A DNA stretch of 64,000 bases from Tetramitus jugosus. Taxonomy: Eukaryota; Protista; Heterolobosea. The notes beneath the pieces are model-generated. The model saw nothing but the letters and a program-made list of their open reading frames with translations, did not search any database and had not been told where the DNA came from. Location: assembly GCA_937625935.1 (NCBI GenBank), contig OW569366.1, positions 310,001-374,000 of the forward strand. Reading direction: 5' to 3'. Positions 54,597 to 64,000 of this stretch are shown piece after piece. Made by a program: the position numbers and the translations under genes. How positions within the stretch are numbered: position 1 is the first letter of the stretch; each line of letters begins with the position of its first letter.

Positions 54597-57158
54597 ATGG
54601 ACCCAACCACAACCACCACCACCACCATCAACAACAACGACCACCATCAAAATTCCGATGAACCACCAATGAAGAAACCAAAATTGGATTCTGTTGAAAT
54701 TTCAACTGAAAACAATGATAATAACAACAACAACAACAACAACAATAGAAGAAACAACAAGAGAAACAAAAAAAAGAAGCATCAACCAAAGAGATCAAAC
54801 GAATGGAAACAAGACTCCAGCAACATGTGGGTCCAAGTACGTGAACGCTCCAACAATCTCCTTGAAAAGTACTATGACTTGCAATTTAAGGACACTATAC
54901 CGAATTGGAACGAAGAGAGAGAGGCATTTTTCATTGCATTGAAGACTCCTTTGCCTCAAACTTTCCGTATCTCTGAGGCAATTGAACCAGCTGTTCATGA
55001 TCAAATTCGTCAACGTATTGAGAATGAATTTGTTCCTGATATTGCATCTGTTTTGATTGAGGATGAAGTAGAGGATGATTCTGAAGAACAGACTAGTGAT
55101 GCTACTGTTGCTGCTGCTGCTGCTGTTGAAAATGATGGTGCAATTGATGAAAAGAAGCGAATTATGAAAAAGGTGATTAAAAAGGTGGAGCCTCCAAAGC
55201 CTATTCAATGGTATCCAAACAATACTGGTACAGAAACCGCTTCAAAGTTCCAAACGAGAAACTCTGCATGGTACTTTGGTGTTTCAAAGGCACTCTTGAG
55301 AAAGAATACGACATTGCAAAAGTTTAGAGCATTTTTGATGTCTCAGACGGAACGTGGTAACATTTCTAGACAAGAGGAAGTCAGTATGATTCCACCAATG
55401 TTCTTCTTCTCTGGTATGAAACCAGAGGATCGTGTGTTGGACATGTGTGCCGCACCAGGAAGCAAAACGGCTCAATTGGTTGAGATGCTCTCTGCCAGTT
55501 CACGAAAGTATGGCAGACCAATCTCTGGTTATGTCGTTGGTAATGACAATGACGTCAAGCGTGCCTATCTGTTGGTTCATCAGATGCAAAGACTTGCTGA
55601 CATTTTCCCCTACATTTTGATTACGAATCATGATGCCACACAGTATCCACTGCTCAAGATTAATGGTCAAAAGCAAAAGTTTACCAAGATTTTGTGCGAT
55701 GTCATGTGTACTGGTGATGGTACATTGAGAAAGTCTCCTGACTTGTGGAAGAGATGGAAACCAAATTTGGCTTGGGCATTGCACGACTTGCAAATCAAGT
55801 GTGTCACTCGTGCTTTTGACATTCTTGAAGTCGGTGGAACAATTGTCTATTCTACTTGTTCTTTGAATCCAATTGAAGATGAAGCTGTTGTTGCTGAGAT
55901 TATTCGTCAAACCAATTACAACTTGGAATTGGTTGATGCATCCAAGGAATTACCAAATCTCAAGTACAGCCCTGGAATGACTCATTGGACTGTGACCAAC
56001 TCAAAGTCTGAGCCTGTTGCACTGGAGCAATATCAAGACTTCTTCAAGTTGAGCATCAATGAACAGGAGAGATACAAGGAGAAGTTGTCACCAAAGATTA
56101 CCAAGAGCATGTTCCCACCTTCCGAGGAGGAGATTAAGAGAATGAACTTGCACTATGGTATGAGATTGTTGCCAAACAGAATGGATACTGGTGGATTCTT
56201 TGTCGCTGTTTTTAAGAAGGTTGGTGATATCGAAAAGAAGGTCAATGCATCAGCATCCACCCCTGCCACAACCACTACCTCTGAATCCACTGCTACAACT
56301 GAATCCACTACTCCTGCAGCTGCTTCCGATAAGATGGAAGACGTTGCAGAAGAAGAGACTCTATCAAAGGAATTGATTAAAAAGTACAAGGGTAAGGCCA
56401 CTCAAAACGAGCAGTTTGTCCCTGCTAATGAGAAGGTATTGGAGCGTGTCTACAACTATTACTCAATTGATAAGAACTTGATTCCTCCTGAGCAAATGAT
56501 TATCAGAGTGTCTGAGGCAGCACAAGAAAGCGGCCACACCACTGTGGATACCATTACTGACGACGACATTAAGAAGATTTACTACGTGTCCAAGGGTGTT
56601 CGCGATATCATTGCAGCTAATGCCACACAAAACAAGTGGAAGATCATTAACTTAGGTGTGCGCATGTTTGAAAGAAAGAAGTCAACTGACTTTATGCCAA
56701 GGGAGTGTCCATTTAGATTCACTCAGGACTTTGCTGATCAATTCGCCAGTGCTCTCGGTGGAGAAAGAGTCATCAAGTTGCACAAGGACGATTTCATCAC
56801 CTTTATCAAGCAATTGACCACACTGACCGAGGATATCAAGGCAGAGAAGGTCAGAGAACAAATCAAGGGACTCAGTGGAGGTAGTGTGATTGTAGAGTAC
56901 GTTCCAGATGTCCAGAACGAGACCACAACTGGTATCTTTATTGCTGCATTGAAGACTCAAAACAATTTGATGAGACATTGCTCCAGAGAACATGTCAGAG
57001 CTATTGTGTACAGAGTTGATCCAAGCTTGGAATTGGAGGAGCACGACAAGCCAAACATTCCAAAGCAGAGGAAGAATAAGCAACTCAAGAGGAAGCTTGC
57101 TCAAAAGGCAGCTGCCGAACAAGCCACAAAATCCGAAGAAATTATTCCACAAGAGTAA
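54597..57158 (+). CDS. NSUN2: tRNA cytosine-C5 methyltransferase NSUN2/Trm4
   Basis: GNISRQEEVSMIPP, VLDMCAAPGSKTAQL, ILCDVMCTGDGTLRK, VYSTCSLNPIEDEAVV, DTGGFFVAVF. Confidence 0.95.
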   Translation: MDPTTTTTTTINNNDHHQNSDEPPMKKPKLDSVEISTENNDNNNNNNNNNRRNNKRNKKKKHQPKRSNEWKQDSSNMWVQVRERSNNLLEKYYDLQFKDTIPNWNEEREAFFIALKTPLPQTFRISEAIEPAVHDQIRQRIENEFVPDIASVLIEDEVEDDSEEQTSDATVAAAAAVENDGAIDEKKRIMKKVIKKVEPPKPIQWYPNNTGTETASKFQTRNSAWYFGVSKALLRKNTTLQKFRAFLMSQTERGNISRQEEVSMIPPMFFFSGMKPEDRVLDMCAAPGSKTAQLVEMLSASSRKYGRPISGYVVGNDNDVKRAYLLVHQMQRLADIFPYILITNHDATQYPLLKINGQKQKFTKILCDVMCTGDGTLRKSPDLWKRWKPNLAWALHDLQIKCVTRAFDILEVGGTIVYSTCSLNPIEDEAVVAEIIRQTNYNLELVDASKELPNLKYSPGMTHWTVTNSKSEPVALEQYQDFFKLSINEQERYKEKLSPKITKSMFPPSEEEIKRMNLHYGMRLLPNRMDTGGFFVAVFKKVGDIEKKVNASASTPATTTTSESTATTESTTPAAASDKMEDVAEEETLSKELIKKYKGKATQNEQFVPANEKVLERVYNYYSIDKNLIPPEQMIIRVSEAAQESGHTTVDTITDDDIKKIYYVSKGVRDIIAANATQNKWKIINLGVRMFERKKSTDFMPRECPFRFTQDFADQFASALGGERVIKLHKDDFITFIKQLTTLTEDIKAEKVREQIKGLSGGSVIVEYVPDVQNETTTGIFIAALKTQNNLMRHCSREHVRAIVYRVDPSLELEEHDKPNIPKQRKNKQLKRKLAQKAAAEQATKSEEIIPQE

Positions 57159-57352
57159 AGCTTTTCCATTTTAGATGCATTCACCCTCCTTCCCCAATGA
57201 TTGTTCTCATCGAAAGCTACACAGTTTGACTTCTCAGGGCGGCGGATGATTCGTAAATTAGGAAACGTTAAAACCGGCGCGAACACTGAGAAAAGTTTTA
57301 TTCTTCGTTGTGTGTGGCATTGCGAATCTCACCAATAGATCCTTATAGTTGA

Positions 57353-59053
57353 ATGTACAATAGCTCTCCATCCATCCATGAGCTGATCACTCGCAGGGGA
57401 CCATCGGTCAGGTACTCTTCCTCTGAGAGAACAACCTCAAAGAGGCCTTCCACTCCAAAATCCTCCATAAGAAAGAGTAGTAATGGTCTCAGTACATCTT
57501 ACAATGAAATCCCAGCTCTACTTCCTTCTAGTTCTGTGAATTTTGCTTCAGCTCCACCCACTTCTAGAGCAGACAGCCATATAGAGGATCAGTACATTAA
57601 GAATCTTCAACAACAGGTTCAGTTTCTGGAGATGGAGCTGGACTTGCAAAAGAAGGTTGGTGAGCAAGTGAAAGAACAAATATTACAAGATGCAAAACCT
57701 TTAGAAGAGTCAATGCATGAACTGAAGCTAGCATTCATTCAAAAGGAGCAAAAATTTGACAACGAACTGAAGCAGTACAAGGACAGGATAGTAGAGTTGG
57801 AGAAGGCACTTGAAGGCAAAGATGCCGAGGCAGAATCCTTGCGAGATCAACTACGGAAAATGAAAATGGATTTTGATGACCAGATCATGAAAGTCACCTA
57901 CGAATACTCTGGGAAAGTTGTCTCGATGGAAAAGACCATTCGAATGTTAACAGAGGAATTAGATCGAGAGCGAAATATGGTACAGAGAGACCTATCGACG
58001 AGATTAAATGATTATATGCAAGAAACCATGGAGATTTCAGCTCAACTTAAGTCCTACAAGTCAACCACCGAGGATCTTACGAACCAAGTAACGAATTTGG
58101 AGAATGAAGTGGAAGGATGGAAGACAAAGAGCGGTCAACAACAAGAACGTTTAGTAGCTATGGAACAATCAGATAAAAGCGATAGAGAAGCTCTAATGAA
58201 TTCTGAGAAAAAGTACGAAGATTTGAAGGCAGAAACATCTCAACTCAAATTAACGCTCAAACAATTGGAGTTCGACAAGGAGCAACTTCAATCAATTCGA
58301 GACAAAATGGAGAAGCATATCCAAGGGATGATGAACAAACAAGTTGAGTCAGAATCTCATATCGATATGTTGAAACACAAGGTAACTTCCGTTGAAACGC
58401 AGCGAGATCGATTGCAGAAGGAATTGGCGAACCTTCAACAGCAAATGGAGTCAGCAAAGTTGTATGAGAAGGGCTTCGAATTGGAAAAGGAACAGATAAA
58501 GAAAAAGTACAATGATGTGGATACAAGATTGAGATTAGTTGATAAGGAATTCTCAGCTCTTCAATTGAAATACAAATCTTCTCAGATAGATGTCGAAGAT
58601 TTGCAACGCGATTACAATCTAGCACGAAAGCAAATTGGAACATTAAATAAGGAGAATGAGGAACTAGCATCTCAACACCGCCTTGTGGATGACAGGTTGA
58701 AACAGTTCATGATCAGAGATGAGAAGCGACAAACTGCCTATGAGGAACTGTTTGATCAAGTCACGAAGCTAAAGGCAGAGAACAGAAAGTACCGGAAACA
58801 ACTGAAACTAAGTGGACTGCTTAGTGGCTTGCTTCGTTCAGGTGAACTTCAAACAATCATGAACACCAACATGAATGTGGCCTCGAAAATCAATGATATG
58901 ATCAGTACAATGAAGGAAGATACCGATATGGACTTGTCAGACATTGATCTTGCAAATGTTAACGTGGATACAACGTCGACCAAGAGTGAAAACCCAGTCA
59001 AACGGAAATCCTTTGGAGAATGGATTGCAGAACAAAAGCCCTCACAAAAATAA
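57353..59053 (+). CDS. Long coiled-coil protein
   Basis: 566-aa ORF with heptad E/K/L/Q composition beginning at YIKNLQQQVQFLEMEL. Confidence 0.8.
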   Translation: MYNSSPSIHELITRRGPSVRYSSSERTTSKRPSTPKSSIRKSSNGLSTSYNEIPALLPSSSVNFASAPPTSRADSHIEDQYIKNLQQQVQFLEMELDLQKKVGEQVKEQILQDAKPLEESMHELKLAFIQKEQKFDNELKQYKDRIVELEKALEGKDAEAESLRDQLRKMKMDFDDQIMKVTYEYSGKVVSMEKTIRMLTEELDRERNMVQRDLSTRLNDYMQETMEISAQLKSYKSTTEDLTNQVTNLENEVEGWKTKSGQQQERLVAMEQSDKSDREALMNSEKKYEDLKAETSQLKLTLKQLEFDKEQLQSIRDKMEKHIQGMMNKQVESESHIDMLKHKVTSVETQRDRLQKELANLQQQMESAKLYEKGFELEKEQIKKKYNDVDTRLRLVDKEFSALQLKYKSSQIDVEDLQRDYNLARKQIGTLNKENEELASQHRLVDDRLKQFMIRDEKRQTAYEELFDQVTKLKAENRKYRKQLKLSGLLSGLLRSGELQTIMNTNMNVASKINDMISTMKEDTDMDLSDIDLANVNVDTTSTKSENPVKRKSFGEWIAEQKPSQK

Positions 59054-59107
59054 ATAACTTATTGTACATTTATAAAAAGTTGGCATTGATTGCTATGATT
59101 ATGATGC

Positions 59108-60765
59108 TTAGTTGCGCGCTGGCTTCCTAGGAGGGGGCAATGGCTTTGTTGGATTTGCTTCGACAGTTCGCAGAGTCACAGGATCAGCATGATGATTGTC
59201 ATTATTGAAATGAGACAGTTTCTGATCAACTTCCACCAGGAATGCTCCAGAGGCACGAGGAACAGGCAAACTGGCTCGAGATCCTCGAGGACTCTGAGGT
59301 GGAGGTGTAGGCAACACTCGCTTATCTCCCGTCACTGGAGATGTAGGCAATGACTGTGGTGCCAACCTGAATTGTGAAATCGAGGAAGAAGAAGATGACG
59401 ACGACGATGCCGATGCCGACGATGACGAAGATGCTGATGCTGGAGGCCACCTTGGTGGAGGCAACACTGAATTCACACCACCCACATTTTGCTTAATCAT
59501 TGCTGATTTGCGAGGTGGTGGAACAGGCTTTGATTCCATGACTGGCGAAGAAATTTCGTGCCTTGTCGTGGGAGTACTTGGGAGTGGCAACGGTCTCGTT
59601 GGCGAAGTCACTGCATACGGTGAGGGATAATGCACCGTATCCGTTGATTCTTTGGAGGGAGGAACAATGGTCAGTGGTCTTGATGGAGTCGATGGCAACA
59701 CACGTTGTTGTTGTTGTTGTCTCATGGAAGCTTGATAATCTTGTTCTTCATCTTGTTCTGCTTCTTCACTGTCATCTTCATCTTCGTCATCGTCATCAGA
59801 GCTATGAGCATTGCTACTGCGACTACCACCAGTAGCTGAGCTATGACTGGCTTGTTGACGATGACCTACACCTTTGGCAGGCCTTAGCTCTTCCTCTTCC
59901 AAGTCATCACCACTCTCAAAGATCAACTCATACTCTTCAATCAATGTTTTCATGAGTCCGTTGGCGTGTGGTGAGTCACTCATCATGGTCACTAGCTCGT
60001 CGCCCTTGGGTCTCAATAAATTTGGCGCGAAAACAATGGCCAAATTGGATGAAGTCATCTTGTTGATGGATGCGAATTGCATGACATGGTGCAGGAATTT
60101 GCACAATGTTCTTAGCAGTTGCATGTTTCTTCGAGGGAGAAACCGCAGAACTTTTTTAATGACGATGATACGAGTTTCTCTATCAGGAACACCTATTTAT
60201 TTTTGAGTTGTTAGTCATTGTAAACTTTTGTATTCATTGGCAGTTGACTGCCTCGGAGAAAAGACATGAAGCACAAAAAAGGCGCCAAAAAGCTAGGCAG
60301 AAAAAGCTTTTTGACTTGTCTCTCATGAGAGAAAAGAAGATAGATATGGTGGAAATGAAAAAAAAACATACCATGTGCAGCAATAAACATATCATAGTGA
60401 TCAAACGTCAACAACGGTTCTGCCATCTCTCTAAAATACATTTTGAACAGACCAGCTACATTATTCACATTATTCTTTGCAATTTCATTGATTGTTAAAC
60501 GACTCATTGCTTCTTTATCATCATTGAGCATTTGTTTGGTACGATTGATGTGAGTGACGTCGCCAGAGACACGAAACAGACCCTCTTGTGTGATGTTGTC
60601 CTCTTCAGACATGTATTCTATGCTTTGAAGCACAAAAGGATGAATTTGCTCTGTGATGAAACCACCAAACATTTTTTCATTTTGTTGTTGAGTGCTGGTG
60701 CTACTGCTACTGGACTTGGATGAGCTCTTCTTGCCCTTCTTGAGCTTTTTAAAAGTGCTTTTCAT
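59108..60765 (-). CDS. RhoGAP with proline-rich C-terminus; intron 60193-60371
   Basis: Arginine finger EGLFRVSG, VAGLFKMYFREMAEPLL, NKMTSSNLAIVFAPNLL, and a PxxP/PPPRK tail. Confidence 0.92.
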
Positions 60766-61271
60766 TTGTCAAAAAAAAAGAGCCTTTTTGTCAATGTTGT
60801 ATGTGTGGATGGATGATGATGATGCGTGTTGTTGTGCCGTTCGTCGTTCGTTGTTTGTTGTTCGCGGCGAAGATGGGTTTTGTTTGCGACAGACAGTGTG
60901 TTTTGTCTTTTTGGGTGTCAAGAAGGTCGACTTTGTTCTCTTGGGATATTTTTTGTCGAGAGTTCTTCGTTGAAATGGAAAATGGGGATGAAGAAATACA
61001 CGCCCAATGTTTGCACTTGTTCGCAGTGATAAGGAAGAAGGATTGCACAGTGATCTTGAATCAGATTGGCAATGAATCAAAACAACAAAATCAATTCCTT
61101 TTCCTTCCTATAAAATACTGCAGTTGACAGCTGCCAAAAAATAAATATATGGTTTTTTGAGGAATTGTTAGCTGTACTTGAGCGAACAGTCACAAACCGT
61201 TCGGAGATTTCAGGTCAGCCATCGTATGTCAAAAAATTGTAAATTGATATGAGTGATGTGTATTTGAGTGA

Positions 61272-63344
61272 CTACTCTTCTTCGAGCAGTGAATAGTGTT
61301 CGTGTGCGAGTCTACCTCCGGTTTGGATTGAGGTATCATGAGGTGCTTCTTGTAATGCTTGATCAATATCCATAGGTATTTCTGTGCGCTGTTCGTCACG
61401 GACGCGCTGTTGAAACTCTCTCGTCCTGCAAACATAGATATACGATTCATACAATTGTGATATAACTGTACTATACAGTGATTGCGAATGCTCGTTCCAT
61501 TCTGTGTCTTGCTCGGGAGAATTCAACATGTGCTCCTTCAGAGAACGCATGGAGTTATTGGATCGTTTCGATTGTGCTGTCTTGAAGATGTCTGTTGCAA
61601 AATACAACTGCCATCGCTCATGAAAATCGTCATTCGATGTCACATTACCACACTTAATGTCATACAATCGTTTCCACATTAAACAATACTTTAACGTGAA
61701 TTCATTAATGCAAAATGTGATCATCAAGTGGTGCTTTTCATCGTCCAACATCACTTGCTCGACTATTCGAGTCTTTTCCTCAAGGTCAATGTCACGTTTT
61801 GGTCTCACACATGAAACCAAACGCATTATTCGTTGAATTACAAGAACTATGCCACCCATTGGCACAACCCAGAATGCAAACGTAAGAAATGGAGAGCTAT
61901 TGAAGCTTCGATTGGAGAATGAGCCCGTATGTCTGAAGTTGATAGCTCCTCGTGTCACTTCGATACAAAGAACTACAAAGAACACAAGTGATGCCACGAT
62001 CATTTCTGTCTTGTACATCAATGGATCTGATAGCCTTGATAGATACCGCAGTCCATAACTGTTTGCTTTGCTACTGAATGCATCATTCAGCAGTATCAGC
62101 GTAATGAATACGAAGAGAATCGCTGAGATGAGCGTCGATAGAATCCAGGACGTGTTTGAAGACCACGAGTAGCTAAAGATCACAGAGATCACTGCTATGG
62201 GAACAAGTATCAATATCGGAGTACAAATGGCGATGGCTACAGCAGTCTTTGAGGACAAGTATCTCAACATCACAATCGTCTTCCTCAATGATTCGTTTGG
62301 TTGGACATAGTGATCATAAATAGCTTGATAGTACCGTCTGGCGGCAATGAATCTAAGTACCTGTACAATGTATATGACACACATGCATATAAATGGCAAC
62401 GGCCATGCAATAGAGTACAATAGCAAGTTATACTGACTCACATCCAACATGTTAGACAGAGCGTAGAGATTCTTCGATGTTTGCTTATAGTTTCTCGACA
62501 ACATGGTCAGAGAAAATACTCTCTGAAACAATAGGGCTACTGATCCAAGCATCAATCCAACATATCTCGGTTTTATGCGTCTCTTTCTTCTCATTACAGT
62601 TAGCATGAACGTATGTACTAAACAGAGCAATGAGGAGATGCTAACGACCACGATCGGAAACACCTTGATTTTTCTGTTGTACTTCCAGTAGGCCACCGTA
62701 GCTTCAGTGACATTTGGAGCACTGTTCAAGCATCTCAGTGGCATTGACTCTTGCGAGAGATCAATCGATAGAATCGATACATTTGTTGGCATTTCCAGTG
62801 TTTGTTCTTTGGCCCCTGCTCTAATTTCTTCGAATGAGTGACTCAACACGATCAATTTGACAATTGATACCTTGTGGTCCCATTCCTGATGATGCCTCAA
62901 GTTACTCAATCGAAACATTCGATACTTGGAGAGAGGAGACCAAGTGTCCAATCTGCCACTTTTTGCCACACTCACATTCAGATTCAAATTCCGAACCAAC
63001 GGCAACAGCTCATCATCTCCCATGTCAGCAGCATTCAATGACGGAGTCACTTCAGCTTCGAACAATTCTTCTCTCATCTCAAGCTTATAGTGACTCCTAA
63101 ACACATGAAAGAGGCTACTTGTTGTCGATGAGTTCTGCGACGAGAGATGAACACTGATCCAACCGTCTGGAAAAGGCTTTTTTACAATAAATATGAAGGA
63201 GTTCGGATTAATATCGCTCCAGTGAAATTCCATTCGATTATTCATCAAATGAACACACTTTGGAGACACGTAGCTCATAACAATCAACAACAACAGGAAA
63301 ACATGCACCACAACAAATGAGGTCCTCCATGACAGATGTGGCAT
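61272..63344 (-). CDS. Multi-pass membrane protein with extracellular N-domain and degenerate RGS-like C-terminus
   Basis: Signal-like N-terminus, about 7 hydrophobic helices, then LMITFCINEFTLKYCLMW, resembling the RGS FxxFxxxEFSxENIxFW motif. Confidence 0.65.
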   Translation of the reverse strand: MPHLSWRTSFVVVHVFLLLLIVMSYVSPKCVHLMNNRMEFHWSDINPNSFIFIVKKPFPDGWISVHLSSQNSSTTSSLFHVFRSHYKLEMREELFEAEVTPSLNAADMGDDELLPLVRNLNLNVSVAKSGRLDTWSPLSKYRMFRLSNLRHHQEWDHKVSIVKLIVLSHSFEEIRAGAKEQTLEMPTNVSILSIDLSQESMPLRCLNSAPNVTEATVAYWKYNRKIKVFPIVVVSISSLLCLVHTFMLTVMRRKRRIKPRYVGLMLGSVALLFQRVFSLTMLSRNYKQTSKNLYALSNMLDVSQYNLLLYSIAWPLPFICMCVIYIVQVLRFIAARRYYQAIYDHYVQPNESLRKTIVMLRYLSSKTAVAIAICTPILILVPIAVISVIFSYSWSSNTSWILSTLISAILFVFITLILLNDAFSSKANSYGLRYLSRLSDPLMYKTEMIVASLVFFVVLCIEVTRGAINFRHTGSFSNRSFNSSPFLTFAFWVVPMGGIVLVIQRIMRLVSCVRPKRDIDLEEKTRIVEQVMLDDEKHHLMITFCINEFTLKYCLMWKRLYDIKCGNVTSNDDFHERWQLYFATDIFKTAQSKRSNNSMRSLKEHMLNSPEQDTEWNEHSQSLYSTVISQLYESYIYVCRTREFQQRVRDEQRTEIPMDIDQALQEAPHDTSIQTGGRLAHEHYSLLEEE

Positions 63345-63484
63345 GTTTTCTGTTGCAATTTTTGTTCGGGATTTTACGGGAGAACGAAGACGGACAAATA
63401 AAAAATGGCGATATTATTTCAGTTATTGCCTCGAATCGTTGTGAATGAAAGTTTACGATTTTTTACTGTCCTCGATGAATTGAC

Positions 63485-64000
63485 TTAGTGTTCATAAGCG
63501 TAGGAGAAGAGTCCCTTGTCCTTCTTTTGCTTCATTTGGATGAACTCTGGCTGCATGAGGAACGCAGACTTGTTCATACCAAACACCTTTTCAAACTCAG
63601 CATCAGACAAGTATTGCTCTCTCTTGTCACCCTTGACATCAGATGGAAGCTCGCTTGATTTCTTGTCCTTGAGTTCTGCGTACGTGTAGGTCTTCAGATT
63701 TTGTTGTTCAATCTGTGGGCCAGAAGCAGTCTTGGACTTTCCGGCAGTGTCAGTCAATGAGTCGAGCTTGGCTCTGAGCACAGGTGACACCATCTTTGAT
63801 TTCATTGCTTCGAACTTCTTGTCATCTTCATCTGCTTGAGATGGTTTCTTGCCCCATTTCTTGTCTCCTTCAGATGACTTTTGCCATGTTGGGATATACA
63901 TTGAGTCGAACTTTGGACCTTGAGTGGCGTAGGATGGCTTTGGTTGATCACCTCTTCTTTCAGCGGCCTTCAAGTAACTGCCAAAGTTCAATTCCCATGG
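63485..64000 (-). CDS. Villin-headpiece domain protein, 5'-partial (frame open to the window edge)
   Basis: KREQYLSDAEFEKVFGMNKSAF...KQKKDKGLF. Confidence 0.88.
   Translation of the reverse strand, partial: PWELNFGSYLKAAERRGDQPKPSYATQGPKFDSMYIPTWQKSSEGDKKWGKKPSQADEDDKKFEAMKSKMVSPVLRAKLDSLTDTAGKSKTASGPQIEQQNLKTYTYAELKDKKSSELPSDVKGDKREQYLSDAEFEKVFGMNKSAFLMQPEFIQMKQKKDKGLFSYAYEH

Noticed and set aside
644-60371. Apparent excess of introns with length divisible by three (8 of 15)
   Set aside because: The sample is too small to distinguish from the expected one third.

Overview
Gene-dense eukaryotic genomic DNA with short GT-AG introns (63-195 nt). The organism is a flagellated protist; the gene repertoire resembles Heterolobosea/Naegleria relatives (inference). 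About 30 protein genes are supported, including ING-PHD, IFT70/TTC30, a NEK kinase, RRP8, a synapsin-like ATP-grasp protein, an SR splicing factor, several F-box-like proteins, an E2-F-box fusion, REX1-B, a fucosyltransferase-like protein, full-length Piezo (about 2,720 aa, 5 exons), PP2C, a C2H2 zinc-finger protein, a CX5R phosphatase, a USP, an SDR, a PTGR-like reductase, prolyl 4-hydroxylase, NSUN2, RhoGAP, a multi-TM RGS-like protein and a partial villin-headpiece protein. The most unusual part is a gene-poor island at about 41.5-45.0 kb. It holds two dispersed minus-strand 5S rRNA genes and decayed LRR genes. It also holds a 5'-truncated non-LTR retrotransposon with an A9 tail, a perfect 15-bp target-site duplication and 3' stem-loops. 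The element's 5' junction lies 48 bp upstream of one 5S gene, head-to-head, the geometry known for Pol III-targeting Dictyostelium TRE5 elements. Its target sequence also resembles a tRNA-Gln 3' end. All splice models were read by eye and no searches were run.
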